From: Candidatus Hermodarchaeota archaeon
GTDB taxonomy: Archaea > Asgardarchaeota > Heimdallarchaeia > Hodarchaeales > Hodarchaeaceae
Reading direction: 5' to 3'
Assembly: GCA_048886185.1 (NCBI GenBank)
Contig: JBHLKY010000005.1
Coordinates: 170,458 to 202,457, forward strand
Length of the DNA: 32,000 nt
Position numbers and translations under genes: made by a program. The first letter of the stretch is position 1, and each line of letters starts with the position of its first letter. Positions 26,829-32,000 of the stretch are shown piece by piece. The notes beneath the pieces are model-generated. The model saw only the letters and a program-made list of their open reading frames with translations. It was not told the DNA's origin and made no database searches.

Positions 26829-27260
26829 TTAAATAGACTGAATTCGATGATCATTATTTGAGTGAATATGATAATGAATTTTATGTGATTTGCATTGTTC
26901 GCATTGAACTGTTAAACTTCCTTTTTCAAAAACTGATTGAACATGTCCACAATCTTCACAATGATAATAATCCTCTGGATTAGCAATTTTAATAGCTAAA
27001 CCATTTAGTAATGCTTTAGCAATTTTACGATGAGCAGACTCTAGATGCCTTGAAATAGTTGACTGACTGATTCTCATCCTCTCCGCAGCTTCCTGCTGCT
27101 TCATCCCTTTTAAATCAGTCAATCGAATGGCTTCTAACTCCTCAATAGTTATTGATACTTCATCAGGAACATCTAGTAATGGTATACCACGAGGCTTAAA
27201 ATAGTATTGTGAGGGTTCACATCGAACAGTTCTAGGATTTTTACCACGAGGAATATTCAT
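26829..27260 (-). CDS. DUF134-family predicted DNA-binding protein with C-terminal zinc ribbon, copy 2
   Basis: PRGKNPRTV...YYFKPRGIP, EELEAIRLTDLKGMKQQEAAERMRISQSTISRHLESAHRKIAKAL, CEDCG...CEQCKS. Confidence 0.9.
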   Translation of the reverse strand: MNIPRGKNPRTVRCEPSQYYFKPRGIPLLDVPDEVSITIEELEAIRLTDLKGMKQQEAAERMRISQSTISRHLESAHRKIAKALLNGLAIKIANPEDYYHCEDCGHVQSVFEKGSLTVQCEQCKSHKIHYHIHSNNDHRIQSI

Positions 27261-27328
27261 TCACTCCAAAAATTATTAATTTTGATATTCAACCGAATAA
27301 GATCATTTTTTGAATGTTAATAAAAAGG

Positions 27329-27348
27329 TTATGAATTATTATTCATAA
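27329..27348. promoter_or_regulatory. Palindromic operator-like site upstream of DUF134 copy 2
   Basis: TTATGAAT-TATT-ATTCATAA has arms identical to the site at 13972. On the minus strand it is followed by TATA-like TTTATTAA (27324-27317). Confidence 0.7.
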
Positions 27349-27406
27349 AAAGCTCCAGATTGCTGCTTTTCTGAATCTTAGATCAACTGATAATCTGGAG
27401 TTCAAC

Positions 27407-29194
27407 TTAACGATCATGTAAAATATAATATTCATTTACCATTTTTTCAATATCTACAATAGATCCACGAGTTGGACCTTCCAAGAGTGGTTCTTTAGTA
27501 AATCTTTCTGGAAGAGTATCTTCTTCTTTCGTCAGACCAAACTTTTGGTTAAGCTTATAATCGCGTTCAATGGACTCATGTAGAATTTTCATCAGATACT
27601 CAGGAGTATAATCTATTCCTGTGCCATAAGTTAATAGATTTGATGCGTTTTCTAAATTTAGAATATCCATACACAGGCCAATATTTTTGCACATGGTCAT
27701 GCAATCTGTAAGGAGTGCAATTTTTTCTGAATATGTAACCAATGCTGCTTTACCTTCCTCTGAAATCCTATCAGCAGCTTTCTCTGTCCCAAATCGTTTT
27801 TTCGCTTCTTTCCACCTCATTGTTAACTCGAAAAAAGGTTCAGCTCTAAGATGATCTCCTCCTCGCGACGCGATTGCGTATGTCAGGCCGTAAGCTTTCA
27901 AACCTCGGGGATCACCACATATTATATCCAAACCTTTCACCTGCATAACGAGTTTCCTTACTTCACTATTGAATTTCTGGGAGAATTTTGTCGCTCCCTC
28001 TGCGAATTCATCACCGATCCCCTTTCGGAAGATTATCATATCAACTATTTTTCTTATTTTATTAATATCCCCCCAGGACAGCTCTATGCCACCTACATCT
28101 TCTGGTGTAATTAATTCTTTTTCTTGGCATTCCATCAACCATCCTATCACTTCGCATGTAGAAAGTGAGTCCAAACCTACCTGATTGAGGTAATAATTCA
28201 TCTCTAACGCGAACTTCAGATCAGATACTCCTATTCGAGTGGTAAACCCACAAAGTGTTTCATATTCTGGCCCTTCAGCTTCATAATCACCACATACATA
28301 ATACCGAGAACAGTGAAGATTACAATTGAAACAACCTTTGTTCTTCACCTTGTATTTCTCAGCAAGATGTTCTCCAGAAACTTTATCGAGGTAATCACAC
28401 ACCCCTTTCTGGAAGTGATTCGTAGGTAGAATACCAATTCCATTTAGATCCGTCATTAACATTGTCGTTCCAAGGTGATAGCGTTTTTTGTACTCAATAT
28501 GATTGAAGATTTCCTTCTTGAGTTTATTTACTTCAGACATAAATGCAAGTGGTTCTGCTACTTCAACAGAACGATGGCCACGTACTGCAACGGCTTTCAG
28601 GTTTTTCGAGCCCATAACCGCTCCCATCCCTGTTCTACCACTTGCTCGATTTCCGCTGGATATAACCGAGGAATAAAGAACTTTCTTCTCGCCTGCAGAC
28701 CCTATAGCAGCAACTTGGATTGAGAAATCTCTGTTCTTTTGCCGAATTTTATTGGTTGTATCGACAACAAAACTCCCCTCATATTCAGGACAATCGATGA
28801 ATAGAACCTCTGAATCTGTTATGAGTAAATAAAGTAGATTCCTTGCTTTCCCAGTAATGATTATTTGATCAAATCCTGTTAGTTTCATCTCGGCTCCAAA
28901 TTGTCCACCTGCAGCAGAGTCTCCAAGAATACCTGTGAGAGGAGATTTTGCTGATATCGTAAAATAAGCAGAGGCAGGTAAAAATGATCCTGTTAATGGG
29001 CCAATCCCAAAGATCAGAATATTATCTGGACTAAGGGGATCACAATGTGGATCTAATTCTTCATACAATCGTTTTGTATTTGCTGCACGACCACCTATTA
29101 CATTCTTGATCCATGTATTCTTTAAACTATCAACCTTCCATTTTCTTTCTGTTAGATCAATACGTAATATTTTTCCTCCGTAACCATACATCAA
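27407..29194 (-). CDS. aor: Tungsten-dependent aldehyde:ferredoxin oxidoreductase family, large subunit
   Basis: GYGGKILRIDLT, SAKSPLTG.LGDS.AGG.FG.EMK, GRTGMGAVMGSKNLKAVAVRG, GCFNCNLHC, EGPEYET, GLDSLS, SRGGDHL, DCMTMCK. Confidence 0.95.
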   Translation of the reverse strand: MMYGYGGKILRIDLTERKWKVDSLKNTWIKNVIGGRAANTKRLYEELDPHCDPLSPDNILIFGIGPLTGSFLPASAYFTISAKSPLTGILGDSAAGGQFGAEMKLTGFDQIIITGKARNLLYLLITDSEVLFIDCPEYEGSFVVDTTNKIRQKNRDFSIQVAAIGSAGEKKVLYSSVISSGNRASGRTGMGAVMGSKNLKAVAVRGHRSVEVAEPLAFMSEVNKLKKEIFNHIEYKKRYHLGTTMLMTDLNGIGILPTNHFQKGVCDYLDKVSGEHLAEKYKVKNKGCFNCNLHCSRYYVCGDYEAEGPEYETLCGFTTRIGVSDLKFALEMNYYLNQVGLDSLSTCEVIGWLMECQEKELITPEDVGGIELSWGDINKIRKIVDMIIFRKGIGDEFAEGATKFSQKFNSEVRKLVMQVKGLDIICGDPRGLKAYGLTYAIASRGGDHLRAEPFFELTMRWKEAKKRFGTEKAADRISEEGKAALVTYSEKIALLTDCMTMCKNIGLCMDILNLENASNLLTYGTGIDYTPEYLMKILHESIERDYKLNQKFGLTKEEDTLPERFTKEPLLEGPTRGSIVDIEKMVNEYYILHDR

Positions 29195-29196
29195 GA

Positions 29197-29709
29197 TTAC
29201 CTCCTCCAGTTTTTCCTCACTTGTATCCCTAATTTTTTAATATAAAGGGTTCTTTTTTCACTAGGATTCATTTTTTTTGCTATCTCTTTCAAATTAGATA
29301 GAGAAGGTCCAGCTAAACCATGTATATAAGCAATTATTTCCTCAGTACAAACATCAACACACTTTGGTGAACCACCACATAGATCACAGACGTAGACAAA
29401 TTGATTAAAAATCTCAATAGCTCCAATTGGGCAGTTATGCTCACATTTTCCACAAAGCGTGCATAAGGTATGAGAAATAATTATCTGGCCTTTATCTCCG
29501 ATTGTGATTGCATTTGATGGGCAATCCATACAATAACGTTCTTGACATTGAAGACAAAGAACTGGTCCGTCAATCCCTATCTGAAACAATTGAACTACTT
29601 TAACTCGTGCCATGTTTCGATTGACTCTACCTGTATGAAACATGGCACAGGATGTCTCACACATCCGACAGCCTGTACATTTACTTATGTTAACTTGAAT
29701 CATCATCAA
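29197..29709 (-). CDS. Polyferredoxin (4x[4Fe-4S]-type) electron-transfer subunit of the AOR operon
   Basis: CTGCRMCETSC, CLQCQERYCMDCP, CTLCGKCEHNCP, CDLCGGSPKCVDVC. Its 3' end carries the GGAGGAGGT SD for aor. Confidence 0.92.
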   Translation of the reverse strand: MMMIQVNISKCTGCRMCETSCAMFHTGRVNRNMARVKVVQLFQIGIDGPVLCLQCQERYCMDCPSNAITIGDKGQIIISHTLCTLCGKCEHNCPIGAIEIFNQFVYVCDLCGGSPKCVDVCTEEIIAYIHGLAGPSLSNLKEIAKKMNPSEKRTLYIKKLGIQVRKNWRR

Positions 29710-29986
29710 TCAGTTCCAGACGATACTGAACAAGACCCTTAGGATCGGGACATGAAAAATTGGTGACTCTTTTTACCCAATGTTCTTCATTAAGCTTTTC
29801 TTTCTCTGAAAAAATTGGGAAAATGGGCATCATACTTTGTAAAGCCCATATACACACGTGTTTTCCTTTAGGGATTGTTAATTTCGATCCTTCAATGAAA
29901 AAATAATCTCCCACCAACATAGGGAGATTACAATACCCATTGATCCTTTCAACTGTCACCATGATTTTACTCATCTTATAAACCAC
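29690..29986 (-). CDS. TIGR04076-like small Cys protein
   Basis: KIMVTVERINGYCNLPMLVGDYF, HVCIWALQSMMP, FSCPDP. Overlaps the next gene. Likely start ATG 29974. Confidence 0.72.
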   Translation of the reverse strand: MVYKMSKIMVTVERINGYCNLPMLVGDYFFIEGSKLTIPKGKHVCIWALQSMMPIFPIFSEKEKLNEEHWVKRVTNFSCPDPKGLVQYRLELIDDDSS

Positions 29987-30234
29987 AATAAAAATGCGTT
30001 AAGTAGGTCTTGGAAGAATAATATAAGATAGATAATTAGACCTACCAACATTGTATTGTTTGCTATCTTTTGATCTTAATATTGATAGTAATAAAGTTGA
30101 GGAGGCTGACTTATTTTAAGATTTTGAGTTTTAAAATCTCGAATAACAATTGTGATCTACTAATCTTTCAAGTTCATAAAGGAAAAACTTTTATTTAAAT
30201 TATTTTTTAATTTAGGAGGGATGTTAAAAGAAAG

Positions 30235-31032
30235 ATGACAAATTGGGTAATTAAACCTGTTCTAATTAGTGTATTATTATTTATTACTTTTGGAAATGTT
30301 TTAATTAAGGTGAAAGTGTATGATGAGATTCCGATCACCCCAAATGATGAATTTTTCACAACATCAATCGATTATTTTGATATTAATCCTGATGATTATC
30401 GTTTGGTAGTTATGGGTGAAGTCAGAAATCCACTAAATTTATCGCTTGCAGAGATTAAAGTTATGCCTGTTACTTCAGAAATTGTACGGTTAACCTGCGT
30501 TGATTATATATCTGGAGCTACATCACTAACTGGAGTCGCCAATTGGACTGGTGTAAGATTGTCTCACATTTTAAACTTAGCACAAATAAAATATTTTTCT
30601 ACAAAAGACATTATTTTTCATACTCCTGATTTAAGTAAGCAAGGTTACTCGACAAGTCTAAATTTAACAGAAGCATTCTGGGGAGATGTTATTCTCGCTT
30701 ATGAAATGAATGAAGAACCTCTTCCAACAACACATGGTTTTCCTATTCGTCTTGTTTGCCCACGTTTCTATGGTTATAAATGGATAAAGTGGGTAGCTTA
30801 TATTAATGTGTCATCAAAGGATTATGAGGGATTTTGGGAAAGTTGGGGTTATGAAGATTCTCCCTATGTATTCCCAGAACTTCCGATTTATTATTCACCT
30901 GTTGGATCTGACATTACAGCTTTCAGTTTAACATCAGGAAAATCATCCCATTGGTCAGGTGTAATTGTCCCTATTGTAGCAACAATTGTATTAACCTTTT
31001 GTATGAATTATAGGAAGAAAAAATTAAGCTAG
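30235..31032 (+). CDS. Molybdopterin-dependent oxidoreductase, sulfite oxidase/MsrP family, with N- and C-terminal hydrophobic helices
   Basis: [14 protein letters not shown] (Mo-ligand Cys), [54 protein letters not shown]. Confidence 0.9.
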   Translation: MTNWVIKPVLISVLLFITFGNVLIKVKVYDEIPITPNDEFFTTSIDYFDINPDDYRLVVMGEVRNPLNLSLAEIKVMPVTSEIVRLTCVDYISGATSLTGVANWTGVRLSHILNLAQIKYFSTKDIIFHTPDLSKQGYSTSLNLTEAFWGDVILAYEMNEEPLPTTHGFPIRLVCPRFYGYKWIKWVAYINVSSKDYEGFWESWGYEDSPYVFPELPIYYSPVGSDITAFSLTSGKSSHWSGVIVPIVATIVLTFCMNYRKKKLS

Positions 31033-32000
31033 ACTACGTTCACCAGTTTGAACCTTCCAAAGAGAAGCGTACAACCGATCGTATTCAACCAATTGAGTAT
31101 GTGTACCCTGCTCACTGATCTGTCCATTTTCTAACACGAATATCCTATCTGCATTTCTGATTGTAGATAATCTATGAGCAATTATAATAGTTGTACGACC
31201 GACAATTATCTTCTCCAATGAACGTTGGATAGCAGCTTCCGTTTCATTGTCCACACTACTAGTAGCTTCATCCAAGATAAGTATTGGAGGATCTTTCAAG
31301 ATAGCACGAGCAATGGCAATACGTTGTCTCTGGCCACCGCTTAATTTTTGACCTCTTTCCCCAACAAGAGTATCGTAACCATTTGGGAGACTATTGATAA
31401 AACTGTGAACTTCAGCAACCTTTGCAGCGTTAATAATATCACTAATTGGTGTATCTGGCTTACCATAAGCGATATTTTCTCTTACAGTCCCATCTATTAT
31501 GAAAGTATCTTGTTTAACTAATCCAATCGCCCTTCGTAAGTCTTGGAGATCAAAATCTTTGGTATCAACTCCATCAAGCATTATCTTACCCTCCTGTGGA
31601 TCATAAAACCGTAAGAGAAGCTTGACAATCGTTGATTTCCCCACTCCCGTACTACCAACAAATGCAATGGTTTGGCCTGGCTCTATATCTACTGTGAGAT
31701 TCGTAAAGGTTGGATTTCGTCCTTTATATCCGAAATGGACATTTTGAAAAGAAATTCCACCCGAGATTGAAGATAATGAAAGATCCTTATTTCCGTTCGT
31801 AATCTGACTTTGAGTATCCAATAAATTCATAATTCTCGTTGTTGAAGCCATTGCTCTTTGATACTGATCAAGGGTCTCTCCAACTCTTGTTAAGGGCCAT
31901 AGAAGTCGTTGAGTCAGAAATATCATCGCACTATAAGCTGCAACTTCTAACTGCCCATTTATTGTTTGTAATCCCCCAAAAATTAGCATTGCAGTAAACC
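31024..32000 (-). CDS. ABC exporter, fused permease/ATPase (MsbA/Atm1-like), 5' part outside the window
   Basis: Walker [42 protein letters not shown]. The frame stays open to base 32000. Confidence 0.95.
   Translation of the reverse strand, partial: FTAMLIFGGLQTINGQLEVAAYSAMIFLTQRLLWPLTRVGETLDQYQRAMASTTRIMNLLDTQSQITNGNKDLSLSSISGGISFQNVHFGYKGRNPTFTNLTVDIEPGQTIAFVGSTGVGKSTIVKLLLRFYDPQEGKIMLDGVDTKDFDLQDLRRAIGLVKQDTFIIDGTVRENIAYGKPDTPISDIINAAKVAEVHSFINSLPNGYDTLVGERGQKLSGGQRQRIAIARAILKDPPILILDEATSSVDNETEAAIQRSLEKIIVGRTTIIIAHRLSTIRNADRIFVLENGQISEQGTHTQLVEYDRLYASLWKVQTGERSLA

Noticed and set aside
27690-27870. Suspected loss of the fourth Fe-S cysteine in AOR (RGGDH instead of RGxCH)
   Set aside because: The catalytic His is kept and the distal ligand Cys most likely lies in DCMTMCK, so the cluster set looks complete.
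1-32000. CRISPR arrays, tRNA/rRNA genes, IS elements, prophage or defence genes
   Set aside because: None seen by eye; small ncRNAs cannot be excluded without covariance-model searches.

Overview
AT-rich prokaryotic window (roughly one-third GC by eye) with about 34 protein-coding genes. I see no rRNA, tRNA, CRISPR array or transposase. An archaeon is likely, probably Asgard (Heimdall/Loki-type). This is inferred from a degenerate Rab-like GTPase, zinc-ribbon proteins, an archaeal membrane-anchored wHTH regulator, a tungsten AOR and TATA-like promoters; no marker gene is present. The left third (0.5-13.9 kb) is mixed metabolism: a crotonase, a MacB/LolD-type ABC pair, exonuclease III, a nitroreductase, DDAH, the D-aminopeptidase DppA and a Ser/Thr dehydratase. 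The centre (14.0-24.5 kb) is a co-oriented metal/Fe-S island: 2x NifB/NifX-family, 2x ferredoxin-inserted MinD-type ATPases, a CDF-NifX fusion, Mrp/NBP35, DUF364, DUF5320, DtxR, DUF134, FeoA and FeoB. The right end holds an orphan crtI, a second DUF134, a W-AOR operon, a divergent sulfite-oxidase-family molybdoenzyme and a partial ABC exporter. The best leads are: (1) a shared 20-bp palindrome (TTWTGWRY-N4-RYWCAWAA) in three promoters, suggesting an undescribed DUF134-controlled metal-cofactor regulon; (2) a Rab-like pseudo-GTPase with all G-motifs lost; (3) a DtxR whose C-terminal FeoA-like domain has decayed in frame; (4) probable ACG and ATA start codons inside the island. All family assignments come from motif recognition by eye, not from database searches.
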